Source: a bacterium (lineage in GTDB: Bacteria; CLD3; SB21). Taken from it: a stretch of DNA of 64,000 nt. Numbering within the stretch: the stretch's first letter is position 1; each line of letters begins with the position of its first letter. Location of the stretch: contig JABWCP010000007.1 in assembly GCA_013360215.1 (NCBI GenBank), positions 1 through 64,000 on the forward strand. Reading direction: 5' to 3'. Positions 1-10,268 of this stretch are shown piece after piece. The position numbers and the translations under genes were made by a program. Below the pieces are notes generated by a model. That model saw nothing but the letters and a program-made list of their open reading frames with translations, had not been told where the DNA came from and did not search any database.

Positions 1-309
1 GTTCAAACGTACGTTGAACACCATGGTTTTTCAGTTGTACGCGAATTAGTCGGTCACGGGATAGGACGCGAATTACACGAAGATCCTCAGGTTCCAAATT
101 TCGGCAAAGCCGGTACCGGAGCGCGGCTCAAAGAAGGTATGGTATTTTGTGTTGAGCCGATGGTCAATGCTGGAACTTATGAAGTGTATACAGCAAAAGA
201 TAACTGGACTATCCATACGAAAGACGGAAAACCGTCAGCGCATTTTGAACATACGGTAGTAGTAACATCAAACGGACCGGAAATTTTAACACAGTCCGAT
301 TTATTTTAA
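1..309 (+). CDS. map: Methionine aminopeptidase, type I (3' part; 5' end outside window)
   Basis: Frame 1 reads ...[22 protein letters not shown]...EPMVNAG...[11 protein letters not shown]...* (MetAP metal-binding motifs); sits before infA as in the spc operon. Confidence 0.95.
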   Translation, partial: VQTYVEHHGFSVVRELVGHGIGRELHEDPQVPNFGKAGTGARLKEGMVFCVEPMVNAGTYEVYTAKDNWTIHTKDGKPSAHFEHTVVVTSNGPEILTQSDLF

Positions 310-318
310 AAATATCTA

Positions 319-346
319 TTGATTTTTTAATTTTTTTTTATATATT
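319..346 (+). promoter_or_regulatory. Putative sigma70-type promoter for infA-rpmJ-alpha operon
   Basis: TTGATT-N16-TATATT in the AT-rich gap between map and infA. Confidence 0.45.
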
Positions 347-403
347 GGTAGCCCATTTGTGGGATTGTTTTTACAATAACTTACGTTGGAACGGAGTTAA
401 AAC

Positions 404-622
404 TTGGCAAAAGAAGGATTGATCAAAGTTGACGGGACGATACTTGAGACTTTGCCTAATGCCACGTTTATTGTAAAGCTTGAAAATGGTCACCAGGTTC
501 ATGCGCACATCAGTGGAAAAATGCGTATGAATTTTATTCGGATTCTGCCCGGCGATAAGGTAACGATTGAATTATCACCGTACGACTTATCCCGCGGGCG
601 CATCACGTATCGCTATAAATAA
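404..622 (+). CDS. infA: Translation initiation factor IF-1
   Basis: [48 protein letters not shown] start with GGAG upstream. Confidence 0.98.
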   Translation: MAKEGLIKVDGTILETLPNATFIVKLENGHQVHAHISGKMRMNFIRILPGDKVTIELSPYDLSRGRITYRYK

Positions 623-634
623 TGGAGTTACGAT

Positions 635-748
635 ATGAAAGTCAGATCGTCCGTTCGTAAAATTTGTGTAAAGTGTAAGATCATCCGTCGCAAAGGTGTT
701 GTTCGCGTGATTTGCGACAATAAAAAACACAAACAGCGTCAAGGTTAA
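635..748 (+). CDS. rpmJ: 50S ribosomal protein L36 (Zn-ribbon form)
   Basis: Not in ORF track; translated by hand [37 protein letters not shown]. Confidence 0.97.
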   Translation: MKVRSSVRKICVKCKIIRRKGVVRVICDNKKHKQRQG

Positions 749-773
749 TATTTAAATTTTAGGGAGAACCGCT

Positions 774-1157
774 TTGGCCCGTATAGCAGGTATAGAATTA
801 CCCAAAGACAAACGCGCATTTGTTGCGTTGACGTACATCTACGGCATCGGCCGCACTACGGCAAAAGATATTTTGAAAAAAGCCGGTGTGGATGAGATGA
901 AAAAGATCAAAGATCTTACGCCGGATGAAGAAAACAAGATCCGTACGATCATCAATGATAATATCAAAGTTGAAGGCGCACTGCGTTCAGAAAATGCGCT
1001 CAACATCAAACGTTTGATGGACATCGGTTCCTACCGCGGTCTGCGTCACCGTCGCGGTCTGCCCGCGCGTGGTCAACGTACACGTACCAATTCCCGTACG
1101 CGTAAAGGTAAACGTAAGACGATCGGCGGTCTCAAGAAAGTCGAAGCAAAGAAGTAA
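774..1157 (+). CDS. rpsM: 30S ribosomal protein S13
   Basis: [40 protein letters not shown]. Confidence 0.98.
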   Translation: MARIAGIELPKDKRAFVALTYIYGIGRTTAKDILKKAGVDEMKKIKDLTPDEENKIRTIINDNIKVEGALRSENALNIKRLMDIGSYRGLRHRRGLPARGQRTRTNSRTRKGKRKTIGGLKKVEAKK

Positions 1158-1184
1158 TTGAATTTTTGATCCAAGGAGAGAACT

Positions 1185-1595
1185 TTGGCCAAGCAAAATC
1201 CGCAGCAGCAACAGGCTGCCGCATTGCCGCGTAAAAAGAAGAAACTGATCGAATCCACGGGCGTTGCCGTGATTCGTGCTACGTTTAACAACACGATCGT
1301 AACTTTGACCAACAGCCACGGTGAAGTGATTTCGTGGTGTACATCCGGAAAGATGGGTTTCCGCGGTTCCAAAAAGAGCACGCCTTTCGCCGCACAGGTT
1401 GCCGCTGAAACGGCCGCTAAAACGGCAATTGATATGGGATTGAAAAAAGTCGAAGTGCGCGTCAAAGGCCCCGGTGCCGGTCGTGAGTCAGCGATTCGTT
1501 CGCTGCAAGCGGCAGGTTTGGAGATTACGGCGATTCGCGACTTGACGCCTATCCCGCACAATGGATGCCGTCCGCCGAAGAAACGCCGCGTATAA
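1185..1595 (+). CDS. rpsK: 30S ribosomal protein S11
   Basis: [49 protein letters not shown]. Confidence 0.98.
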   Translation: MAKQNPQQQQAAALPRKKKKLIESTGVAVIRATFNNTIVTLTNSHGEVISWCTSGKMGFRGSKKSTPFAAQVAAETAAKTAIDMGLKKVEVRVKGPGAGRESAIRSLQAAGLEITAIRDLTPIPHNGCRPPKKRRV

Positions 1596-1630
1596 AACAC
1601 GACTGAAGATACAATTTTAGGAGATATTTA

Positions 1631-2254
1631 ATGGCCAGATATACGGATGCCGTTTGCAAACTGTGCCGCCGCGAAGGCGAAAAGCTTTTTCTCAAAGGCA
1701 CAAAATGCTTGACGGATAAATGCCCGATCGAACGCCGCAACTACCCTCCGGGTGAGCACGGCGACAAACGTTCTAAACCCTCGGGTTACAGCATTCAGCT
1801 GCGTGAAAAACAAAAACTGCGTCGTATTTACGGCGTATTGGAACGCCAATTCCGTCGCTATTTTGAAAAAGCCGAACGTGCCAAAGGTGTAACCGGTACG
1901 GCGTTGCTTCAAATTCTTGAAACACGTCTTGACAACATGGTATATCGCTTTGGTTTTGCTTCTTCACGTTCGCAAGCACGTCAGCTCGTACTGCACCGTC
2001 ATGTCGAAGTTAACGGCAAACTCGTAACGGCGCCTTCGTATCAGGTCAAACCCGGCGACGATGTGTCTATTCGCGAGGGCAGCAAAAAAATGGCGTTGAT
2101 CCACGGATCGCTGAAACGTCAAAAAGAAACATCCCTGAACTGGATTGATGTGGATAAAGCTTCGCTCAAAGGCAAATTTTTGAATATGCCTGAACGCGAA
2201 CAGATCCCTGTGGATGTCAAAGAACAACTCATCGTTGAGTTGTACTCGAAGTAA
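1631..2254 (+). CDS. rpsD: 30S ribosomal protein S4
   Basis: MARYT..CKLCRREG..QLREKQK..LETRLDN..ARQLVLH..IVELYSK. Confidence 0.98.
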   Translation: MARYTDAVCKLCRREGEKLFLKGTKCLTDKCPIERRNYPPGEHGDKRSKPSGYSIQLREKQKLRRIYGVLERQFRRYFEKAERAKGVTGTALLQILETRLDNMVYRFGFASSRSQARQLVLHRHVEVNGKLVTAPSYQVKPGDDVSIREGSKKMALIHGSLKRQKETSLNWIDVDKASLKGKFLNMPEREQIPVDVKEQLIVELYSK

Positions 2255-2317
2255 TTCAATAACGAATACGACGCTTTTTATATAAAACGTCTAATCTCTA
2301 AATGAGGAGATTCTATA

Positions 2318-3310
2318 GTGCAGAACTGGGCAGGACTTCAGATGCCGGAGCGCATCGAACTCGACGAGTCGTCCTACACGACTACATACGGTAAGTTTAT
2401 TATTCAGCCTCTCGAACGCGGATTCGGCGTCACGATCGGCAATTCGCTTCGCCGTGTACTTTTGTCGTCGCTCCCGGGTGCCGCGATCACCGCCATCAAA
2501 ATCGAAGGCGTGCTTCACGAACTCTCCACAATTCCCGGCGTTGCAGAAGACGTTGCGGAAATGGTGCTTAATCTCAAGGGTGTGCGCTTTAAATTGCACA
2601 ATAAAAAACCGGATAAAGTTTCGATTCGCCTCAAAGGACCGCACAAATTTACGGCGGCTGATATCCAAAAAGCTTCCAACGGCATTGATTTTGAAGTACT
2701 CAATCCGGATCACGTCATTGCGACGCTCAGCAAAGAAGCAAATGTCGAAATGGAAATCCGTATCGGTCGCGGCAAAGGCTGGGTAACTGCGGAGGAAAAT
2801 AAATTCCCCGACATGCCTATCGGCACGGTACCGATTGATTCGATTTTCAATCCGATCAAAAATGTACGTTTTACTATCGACAGTACACGCGTCGGTCAGC
2901 ATACCGACTATGAAAAACTGACCCTCGAAGTCACGACGGACGGCAGCATTACACCGGATGATGCACTGACTATTGCCGCACGCTTATTCCGCGACCATAT
3001 TCAACTTTTCATTAACTTTGAAATGGAAGATGAAAATGCCGACGGTGAAGTCGAAGATCAAGAAGCCGCGCGCATTCGTCAGCTCCTTAAGATGAGCGTT
3101 GATGAATTGGAATTGTCGGTGCGTTCGCATAATTGTTTACGTGCAGCGGGCATCAAGACTATCGGTGATCTTGTCAGCAAAAACGAATCGGAAATGCTTA
3201 AATATCGCAATTTTGGTCGTAAGTCGCTGACCGAGTTAACCAAGATTCTCGAAGAGCGCAATATGAGTTTCGGCATGGATGTCAGCAAATACTACAACGG
3301 TGAAGAATAA
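2318..3310 (+). CDS. rpoA: RNA polymerase alpha subunit
   Basis: PLERGFGVTIGNSLRRVLLSSLPG..LELSVRSHNCL..NFGRKSL. Confidence 0.98.
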   Translation: MQNWAGLQMPERIELDESSYTTTYGKFIIQPLERGFGVTIGNSLRRVLLSSLPGAAITAIKIEGVLHELSTIPGVAEDVAEMVLNLKGVRFKLHNKKPDKVSIRLKGPHKFTAADIQKASNGIDFEVLNPDHVIATLSKEANVEMEIRIGRGKGWVTAEENKFPDMPIGTVPIDSIFNPIKNVRFTIDSTRVGQHTDYEKLTLEVTTDGSITPDDALTIAARLFRDHIQLFINFEMEDENADGEVEDQEAARIRQLLKMSVDELELSVRSHNCLRAAGIKTIGDLVSKNESEMLKYRNFGRKSLTELTKILEERNMSFGMDVSKYYNGEE

Positions 3311-3334
3311 TTTTAATTTGGCATTAGAGGAACG

Positions 3335-3901
3335 ATGAGACACGGTAAGAAACAAATAAAGCTGAGCAAAACGGCAAGTCACCGTCAGGCTCTGATCAAA
3401 AGTTTGTGCAACGAACTTTTCCGTCATAAACGTATTGTGACGACTATTTCCAAGGCGAAAGCGGCTCGTATGACGGCTGAACGCTTGATCATGTTTGCCA
3501 AAAAAGGTGATCTGGCAGCGCGTCGTATATTGATTAGCCGCCTCGGTAACGCCCGATTGGTAACGGCGCATAAACATGTTACCGATAAAAAAGAACTTTC
3601 CAAGACCGTAATTCATGAACTCATCAACGAAATCGCACCGAAGATGAAGGAACTGGATGCTCAGCGTAAAGCTAAAAATGCATCTTATACCGGCGGCGGC
3701 TATACACGCGTTCTGCGTTTGGGTCTGCGTAAAGGTGATGCGACGGAAATGGCTGTTTTGGAATTAGTCGGTTATGAAACGGCTTCCATTGATAAACAAA
3801 ACAAAGCCATCGAAGCCAAGGAAGCTAAAGCTCAACGCGCCAAATCGCTGGCTGAACGTATCAAAGCAAAAAAAGAAGAAGCTCAAAAAGAATCCAAGTA
3901 A
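3335..3901 (+). CDS. rplQ: 50S ribosomal protein L17 with internal insertions and charged C-tail
   Basis: MRHGK..LSKTASHR..ITT-like IVTTISKAK..GGYTRVLRLG.RKGD.TEMAVLELV. Confidence 0.96.
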   Translation: MRHGKKQIKLSKTASHRQALIKSLCNELFRHKRIVTTISKAKAARMTAERLIMFAKKGDLAARRILISRLGNARLVTAHKHVTDKKELSKTVIHELINEIAPKMKELDAQRKAKNASYTGGGYTRVLRLGLRKGDATEMAVLELVGYETASIDKQNKAIEAKEAKAQRAKSLAERIKAKKEEAQKESK

Positions 3902-3920
3902 GTTTTAGATAGAGGTAAAA

Positions 3921-4247
3921 ATGCCCCGTACCAAAAAAGAAGCTGCGGACGAGAAAGAAACGAAAGCCCCGAAGAAAAAAGCGGCGGCTCCGCGTAAGAA
4001 AAAAGAAGAAGTCAAAACGGAAGCTAAAGCTACCGTAAGTAAAAAAACCGAAGCGGCTAGCGAAGTATTATTGCCTAAAATTCAATGCTTTGCACCGGGC
4101 AAAAAAACTATCTGCGCGCATCTAATGACCTCCGGTCATGCACACCAGTGCGCGGCTAAACGTTTGCCTAACGGAAAACTTTCAACTGTGCGTTCAGGTA
4201 AAAAGCGTCGTTGTGAGTTTTATCAGGAAACGGCCTACAACGGTTAA
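3921..4247 (+). CDS. Hypothetical basic protein: Lys/Ala/Glu-rich N-half, Cys/His-rich C-domain
   Basis: AGAGGT RBS, 19 nt after rplQ, upstream of the operon terminator; contains C-x8-C-x-H, H-x-H-x-C and a distal C. Confidence 0.8.
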   Translation: MPRTKKEAADEKETKAPKKKAAAPRKKKEEVKTEAKATVSKKTEAASEVLLPKIQCFAPGKKTICAHLMTSGHAHQCAAKRLPNGKLSTVRSGKKRRCEFYQETAYNG

Positions 4248-4268
4248 TTAGATCTCGGAAATTTTTAT

Positions 4269-4300
4269 AAGGCGTTCATATTTATGAACGCCTTTTTTGT
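4269..4300 (+). terminator. Intrinsic terminator of the alpha operon
   Basis: AAGGCGTTCATA-tt-TATGAACGCCTT perfect inverted repeat followed by T-run. Confidence 0.85.
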
Positions 4301-4376
4301 TTTTGTAGTATGTAAAATGCATTCCAATATGTATAATAAACGATCATTGGAAATTAACCAAATAGCCGAATAGCGA

Positions 4377-5507
4377 ATGAAATTATTGAGTAAATATTTA
4401 TTTATTGGCTTTGTGCTGTTGTCATATGGATTGCCGTCCAACGTAACCGTAGCACAAGAGAAGGCGAGAATAAAAGCAATATGGGTAGTCCGAGATATTT
4501 TAAAATCTAAGATTGAAATTGATCGCATGTTGTCCTTTTGTGATCAAAACGGAATCACGGATGTTTTTTTGCAAGTACGCGGTCGCGGTGATGCATATTA
4601 TAATTCCGATTTTGTGGTTAAAGCCGAAGGCCTTGATCCGGCGTTTGATCCATTGCAGTACGTGATCGAAAAGAACAGATTAAAAAAAATAAAAATTCAT
4701 TTATGGCTGAATGTGTTTTATTTATGGTCATCCGAAAAAAATCCGGTCCATCCCGACCATCTTTTTTACACACAACCTGATTGGGCCGCTGTCAATGCTC
4801 AAGGACAGTCCATGTCGGTTGAAGGAACAAAAAAACTAATTGCCAAGCGACTCGAAGGCGTTTTTATCTCACCTGCAATCCAGGAGTTCCAAGATTATTT
4901 TTCAGCTGTAGTAAAAGAATTGATATCTAAGTATCCTGTTGACGGTATTCATTTTGACTATATCCGTTACCCTGAGGCGGACTATGATTATTCTACATCC
5001 ATGCGTAGTCGCTTTATCTTAGAATATCATTGGGATCCTTTAGCCGAAACATTAAATGCCTGGCAGGACAGTATTTGGACGCGCTTTAGGAAAGGAATTA
5101 TCGAAGATTATGTTGCCTGCTTATATACACAAATCAAAAAGGCCGATTCGTCCATTGCGGTTTCAGCGGCCGTATGGGCGTCACAAGACGATGCCCAAAA
5201 TCGTGTCCTTCAAGATTGGCCGGAATGGATAAAGTCAAACTGTTTAGATTTTGCTGTGCCTATGAATTATGCGACGGATAACGGAGAATTTGAAAAACGT
5301 ATCCGGGATGCGGTAATAAAATTAGGCGCATCCGATACCCAAAAAATCATTATGGGTGTTTCTTTGTATAATCAACCGGTAAAAAACGCCGAAGAGAAAT
5401 TGAGAATATGTCGTAAATATGGTTTTGCCGGAGTATCATTTTTTTCTTATGAGACACTCCGTACGCAGAAAGAGTATAAAGCGCTTGTCAAAAATTTTAA
5501 TCATTAA
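4377..5507 (+). CDS. Glycoside hydrolase family 10-like protein (GHL10/YddW-DigH type), exported
   Basis: Signal peptide; KAIWVVR..FLQVRGRGDAYY..FDPL..IHLWLN..DGIHFDYIRYP..QDW..PMNY. Confidence 0.8.
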   Translation: MKLLSKYLFIGFVLLSYGLPSNVTVAQEKARIKAIWVVRDILKSKIEIDRMLSFCDQNGITDVFLQVRGRGDAYYNSDFVVKAEGLDPAFDPLQYVIEKNRLKKIKIHLWLNVFYLWSSEKNPVHPDHLFYTQPDWAAVNAQGQSMSVEGTKKLIAKRLEGVFISPAIQEFQDYFSAVVKELISKYPVDGIHFDYIRYPEADYDYSTSMRSRFILEYHWDPLAETLNAWQDSIWTRFRKGIIEDYVACLYTQIKKADSSIAVSAAVWASQDDAQNRVLQDWPEWIKSNCLDFAVPMNYATDNGEFEKRIRDAVIKLGASDTQKIIMGVSLYNQPVKNAEEKLRICRKYGFAGVSFFSYETLRTQKEYKALVKNFNH

Positions 5508-5518
5508 CTTATAACATC

Positions 5519-7408
5519 ATGCGCATCATTAATTCCTTATTCGTTATTACGGCTTTAATCCGGTGCGATCTTACTGCACAAGAAGTTGATGCCGATTCTT
5601 TGTTGCGCAAACTGCGCGCTTATCCAATCCGTGATTCAGCACGCGTGGAAATTTTGACAGATATCTGTGCCGCGTTGACATTCAAAGAGCCGGACAGCGT
5701 TTTGATATACGCTGAAGAGGCGCTGATCATTTCCAAAGAAATCGGATACGAGTACGGGATTGCAACAGCCATCAACTGCCGCGGTATGGCATACTATCAA
5801 AAGGGCGACCTGACGAAAGCGATGGAGAATTATTTGCAAGCGTCGGATTATGTCAAACAGCATCGCATTCGTAACCCGCGTCTGGATTACGCCGATTTTG
5901 TTATCCTAAATAACATAGCAATCGTCTACAACAATAAACAACTTGTAGACGAAGCGTTGGCTATTCACTTCCAACAGATCGAACTTTTGCCGCTGATTAG
6001 CGCTAACCCTATTCATTATGCAGCATTGTATACCAATATCGGCGGGTGTTATGGTAATAAGAAAATGTTTGCCGAAGGTATCCGTTGGTTTGAAAAGGTT
6101 GATTCGATCGCCAAGGTATATAACATACCTTATGGAACATCCATCGCCATGCTCAATATCGCAGCGAATTATAATAACATGAAATTATACAGCAAGGCGA
6201 TTACGAGCTTTCGTCAATCCCTCACCATAGCGCAAGCGTTGCGTATAGCGGATACAGAATCGGCATGTCATAACGGATTGGGTGTCGCCTACAGCGAAAC
6301 GGGTCGTTGGGCGGAAGCTGTACTAAGCTTTGAAGCCGGTGCGGAGGTAGCCAAGCGATCCGGATTATTGAGTAATGCGATGACGGCGTATCAAGGTTTG
6401 GCACGTGCCGCGGTACAAACGGGCGATTTTCGAAAGGCATATGAGGCGCAGATGCAGTATCAGCAAATCAATGACAGCCTTTTGAGTATAGAAAAAACAA
6501 AATCCCTGCAAGAGCTCATCACGCGCTATGAAACAGAGAAAAAAGAAATAACAATTCGCGAGCAGCAAGAGCGCCTGAAAGTCCAGTCGCTGGAAAGCGA
6601 TCGAAAAAATATACTGATCGTAGGAATTATATTACTGCTTGCCGTCGTCGGGGGCGCTTCATTTTTTTATATACAAACCCTACAGGCCCGCAAGAAAAAT
6701 GAAATACTCAGTATGCAGATGATCGCTGCCGAAAAAAGTAAAGCAATGGAAGTGGCTATAGCTCAATCCGAATTGAAGGGGCTTAAATCCCAAATGAATC
6801 CGCACTTCATATATAACGTACTCAATTCGATACAGAGTTTCGTATATGCCAATCAAAAAAACGAAGCCAGTGAAAATCTCAGTAAATTTTCCGATCTGAT
6901 GCGTAAAACACTGGAGAACAGCGGCCGACAATGGATAACACTGCACGAGGAGACCGAATATCTTTTCCGTTATTTGGAGTTGGAAGCGCTTTGTGCGGAT
7001 CATGCTTTTCAATATGAAATCGTTGTTGAGCCGGGATTAGATCCTTATACAGTCGAAGTTCCGGCTATGGTCATACAACCCTTTGCCGAAAATGCGATCA
7101 AACACGGCCTGCTGCACAAATCGGGTTCCAAAAAACTCAGCATTCGTTTTGAAAAAAATTTATCGGGAAACGATCTGCGTGTTGTGATCGAAGATAACGG
7201 AATCGGTCGCGCTGCGTCAGCGGAAATCAATGCGCGTAACGGCAAAAAGCCGCGCTCATTTGCCACGCAAGCCACGGCGGAACGCATCGCGTTATTGAGT
7301 CAGCTGCAATCGCGGTCCATTGAGTGTCAATTTACTGACAAGCTGTCGGAACATGGAGCCGCAGGTACACGCGTTGATATAGTCTTTCCTTTGGAGGACA
7401 GAGCATGA
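5519..7408 (+). CDS. TPR-repeat LytS-type sensor histidine kinase
   Basis: Periplasmic TPR-like helices, one TM, LKSQMNPHFIYNVLNSI, QPFAENAIKHG, EDNGIG. Confidence 0.9.
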   Translation: MRIINSLFVITALIRCDLTAQEVDADSLLRKLRAYPIRDSARVEILTDICAALTFKEPDSVLIYAEEALIISKEIGYEYGIATAINCRGMAYYQKGDLTKAMENYLQASDYVKQHRIRNPRLDYADFVILNNIAIVYNNKQLVDEALAIHFQQIELLPLISANPIHYAALYTNIGGCYGNKKMFAEGIRWFEKVDSIAKVYNIPYGTSIAMLNIAANYNNMKLYSKAITSFRQSLTIAQALRIADTESACHNGLGVAYSETGRWAEAVLSFEAGAEVAKRSGLLSNAMTAYQGLARAAVQTGDFRKAYEAQMQYQQINDSLLSIEKTKSLQELITRYETEKKEITIREQQERLKVQSLESDRKNILIVGIILLLAVVGGASFFYIQTLQARKKNEILSMQMIAAEKSKAMEVAIAQSELKGLKSQMNPHFIYNVLNSIQSFVYANQKNEASENLSKFSDLMRKTLENSGRQWITLHEETEYLFRYLELEALCADHAFQYEIVVEPGLDPYTVEVPAMVIQPFAENAIKHGLLHKSGSKKLSIRFEKNLSGNDLRVVIEDNGIGRAASAEINARNGKKPRSFATQATAERIALLSQLQSRSIECQFTDKLSEHGAAGTRVDIVFPLEDRA

Positions 7409-8157
7409 GTCGCCTGCGGATAATCATCATAGATGATGCCGTCAAAGCGCGTGAAACATTGCGCCTTATGATATCGGAAAACATGACCAATATTGAAATT
7501 GTCGGTGAAGCGGGTACGCTGCCGGACGGTGTAAAGCTTATTCACAAAACGAATCCGGACGTGGTATTGCTAGATATCGAAATGCCCGGCCACAGCGGTC
7601 TAGAGATACTCGATTTTTTCTCTCCTGAACGGATGCATTTTAAAATAATTTTTGTCACGGCGTATGCCGAACATGCCGTACGTGCATTTGAACTTTCGGC
7701 CGTGGATTATATTTTAAAGCCGGTAAGTCCCAATCGCCTGAAGCAAGCACTGGATAAAGTAACCCTCGGTCAAATCAACGCAGAACAGTATCAGGTACTC
7801 AAAGAACAAACAGCAGGAACATGGAATAAAATCGCATTAAAAACCGGTGACGGTATTGTTTTTATACCGACCGATCAGATCATATATCTCAAAGCAGAAG
7901 GCGCATACACTAAATTTATATTAATGAAACAAGAGCCTATTTTAGTTTCCAAAAATCTGGCCGAATATGAAAAACTGCAATCGGCAGGCCCTTTTGTCCG
8001 TGCAGGCCGTTCCATCATCCTCAATCTGTCGCGTATCAAAAAAATAGGCAAAGCTTCTGATGGCAGTGTTACGATGGATAACGGCGATACACTGGCGATC
8101 GGCGATGAAACGTATAAACAATTAGTCGAAGCCATCAAAACCATCAAATTGGGTTAA
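7405..8157 (+). CDS. LytTR-family response regulator
   Basis: IIDD..LLDIEMP..FVTAY..DYILKP receiver; C-terminal LytTR (IIYLKAEGAYT); ATGA overlap with kinase. Confidence 0.92.
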   Translation: MSRLRIIIIDDAVKARETLRLMISENMTNIEIVGEAGTLPDGVKLIHKTNPDVVLLDIEMPGHSGLEILDFFSPERMHFKIIFVTAYAEHAVRAFELSAVDYILKPVSPNRLKQALDKVTLGQINAEQYQVLKEQTAGTWNKIALKTGDGIVFIPTDQIIYLKAEGAYTKFILMKQEPILVSKNLAEYEKLQSAGPFVRAGRSIILNLSRIKKIGKASDGSVTMDNGDTLAIGDETYKQLVEAIKTIKLG

Positions 8158-8283
8158 ACGTCCTCGGAAGAAATCTGATTTGGCGCATTAACCTCTTCGT
8201 ACAATCAAATTGATAATCTCCGTTTATGCGGCTATATTCAACATTACTTATTAACTTATGCTCAAAACGAGTCTGAAAGGGCT

Positions 8284-8970
8284 ATGAAGCGCATTGTATT
8301 AATATTAATTGCCGGGATTTTTACAACCGGATTTCAATCGGGAAGTACGTTGGTCGGTTATCATGCGAAGATACGCACGACGGTGTATGAAGACCTTTCG
8401 GTGGCGCGTGCGATCGAACTGAGTATGGATGCCGATTTGAAGGAAGCAGTCAAATACAAAAAAGATTTTTTCCGTAAAAACGGATACGAGCTGATCGAAA
8501 AAAATGAGAATGACCGCCTCACCATAGTCGCACAAAAAGTATTCCCGACGGCGTCGCATCGTATCGAAAAATACGAAGACGATCTGAGCGCGATCACGGT
8601 TGAAAAAGAAGGTCTGCGTTTTTCATACCGTGAGGATTTTTACACCAAAATGTTTAAGGAAGAAATCGAACGATCGGATCTACGAAACGATTTACCGGTG
8701 GCCAAGATGCTGATGGCGGATACGAAATTTGAGTTTTATATCACACTTCCCGGGAAAATTGATTCGTTGAATAGTGGTGAATTTGACAAAGCGACGGCAC
8801 ACTGGACATACGATATAGACGAATTGATGGAGCATAAATCCATGACGATGCGTGCGCATAGTACAGCCGATCGTGGGGACATTCAGATTTGGATGGTATT
8901 TTTGATTGGTGTTTTATTATTACTGATGGCCTATCTGCTGCGCATCAAGCTGCGGATGCGGGCATCGTGA
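8284..8970 (+). CDS. Hypothetical exported protein with C-terminal membrane anchor (LppM/DUF3153-like fold possible)
   Basis: N-terminal signal-like segment, ITLPGKI..N..W motif, hydrophobic C-tail then basic residues. Confidence 0.55.
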   Translation: MKRIVLILIAGIFTTGFQSGSTLVGYHAKIRTTVYEDLSVARAIELSMDADLKEAVKYKKDFFRKNGYELIEKNENDRLTIVAQKVFPTASHRIEKYEDDLSAITVEKEGLRFSYREDFYTKMFKEEIERSDLRNDLPVAKMLMADTKFEFYITLPGKIDSLNSGEFDKATAHWTYDIDELMEHKSMTMRAHSTADRGDIQIWMVFLIGVLLLLMAYLLRIKLRMRAS

Positions 8971-8979
8971 GCGAGGGAT

Positions 8980-9330
8980 ATGACGTTTAAAGAAGAAAAA
9001 AAAGGTGATGTAACTGTCGTGTACGTGCACGGCAAACTCATGGGCGGTATGGAAACCAGCGCCGTGCATGACCGGGTACATGTATTGGCCGAAAGCGGCG
9101 TAAAAAAGTTGGTTCTCGATCTGAGTCAGGTAAAGTGGATGAACAGCTCCGGGCTTGGTGTACTGATGTCCAGCATGACTACGATGAAACTGCACGGTGG
9201 CGACTTGCGTTTGTCGGCGGTTATCGAAAAAGTGGAGAGTCTTTTGATGATCACGCAACTTCTCAAGATTTTTAAAACCTACAAAACCGTTGAAGAAGCC
9301 GTACAAAGTTTTTCTTCGCAGGAAGTATGA
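8980..9330 (+). CDS. STAS-domain anti-sigma factor antagonist
   Basis: LVLDLSQVKWMNSSGLGVL with the phosphorylatable Ser. Confidence 0.9.
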   Translation: MTFKEEKKGDVTVVYVHGKLMGGMETSAVHDRVHVLAESGVKKLVLDLSQVKWMNSSGLGVLMSSMTTMKLHGGDLRLSAVIEKVESLLMITQLLKIFKTYKTVEEAVQSFSSQEV

Positions 9331-10268
9331 AAATCGGATTTGCCTACGCGCCTGTTTTTTTAGAACACCGAATGCATGCGGGGCATCATCCGGAATGCCC
9401 CGAGCGCCTCGTAGCCATTACTCAGGCTTTCGCTGAGGCCAAATTAAGTGACATACTTGAAAACTTACACGTAAAACCTGTCGATGAATCATTATTGGCG
9501 GAAGTGCATAGTGAAGCCCATGTTGATCGAATAAAAGAAGAAGCGTCCCGCGCACCGGCGATGATCGATGGCGACACCTACGTCGCGCATGCGTCGTATG
9601 AGGCGGCGCGTATGGCCGCAGGTGCCGTTGTGGCGGCCGTAGATGCCGTTTGCTCCGGTCAACTCACCCGTGCATTTTGTGCTGTGCGCCCGCCGGGCCA
9701 TCATGCCGAAAAAGAAAAAGCGATGGGTTTTTGTTTGTTTAATAATGTAGCTGTCGGAGCGACGTATGCGCGCCGTGCCTACGGATTACAACGCATCGCG
9801 ATCGTAGATTGGGATGTGCACCATGGTAACGGTACGCAAGCCATTTTTTATGAAGACCCGTCGGTACTTTTTATAAGTACTCACGAATCGCCCTTGTATC
9901 CCGGCACAGGTCAGCGTACCGAAATCGGCAGCGGAGCCGGTCAGGGTTACACGCTTAATATACCTATGCATGCCGGTGACGGTGATATGGAGATGGAGAC
10001 CGTGTTTGATAAACAAATCATACCGGCATTGGATCAATTCAAACCGGAGCTTTTATTCATCTCTGCCGGATTTGATGCACATGACCGGGATCCCTTGGCG
10101 AATATGACGGTGACTTCGGAGGGATTTGGAAAATTAACCCGTTTAGTCGTACAGGCGGCAGAAAAACATTGTCAAGGGCGCGTGATCTCTGTATTGGAAG
10201 GTGGTTATCATCTTGAAGCATTGGGCGCATCGGTCGTCTCTCATATACGGCAGCTGACCCATGAATAA
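9327..10268 (+). CDS. Histone deacetylase family (AcuC/HDAH-like) protein
   Basis: HPECPER, RPPGHHA, GFCLFNN, DWDVHHGNGTQ, SAGFDAH, LEGGY. Confidence 0.95.
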   Translation: MKIGFAYAPVFLEHRMHAGHHPECPERLVAITQAFAEAKLSDILENLHVKPVDESLLAEVHSEAHVDRIKEEASRAPAMIDGDTYVAHASYEAARMAAGAVVAAVDAVCSGQLTRAFCAVRPPGHHAEKEKAMGFCLFNNVAVGATYARRAYGLQRIAIVDWDVHHGNGTQAIFYEDPSVLFISTHESPLYPGTGQRTEIGSGAGQGYTLNIPMHAGDGDMEMETVFDKQIIPALDQFKPELLFISAGFDAHDRDPLANMTVTSEGFGKLTRLVVQAAEKHCQGRVISVLEGGYHLEALGASVVSHIRQLTHE

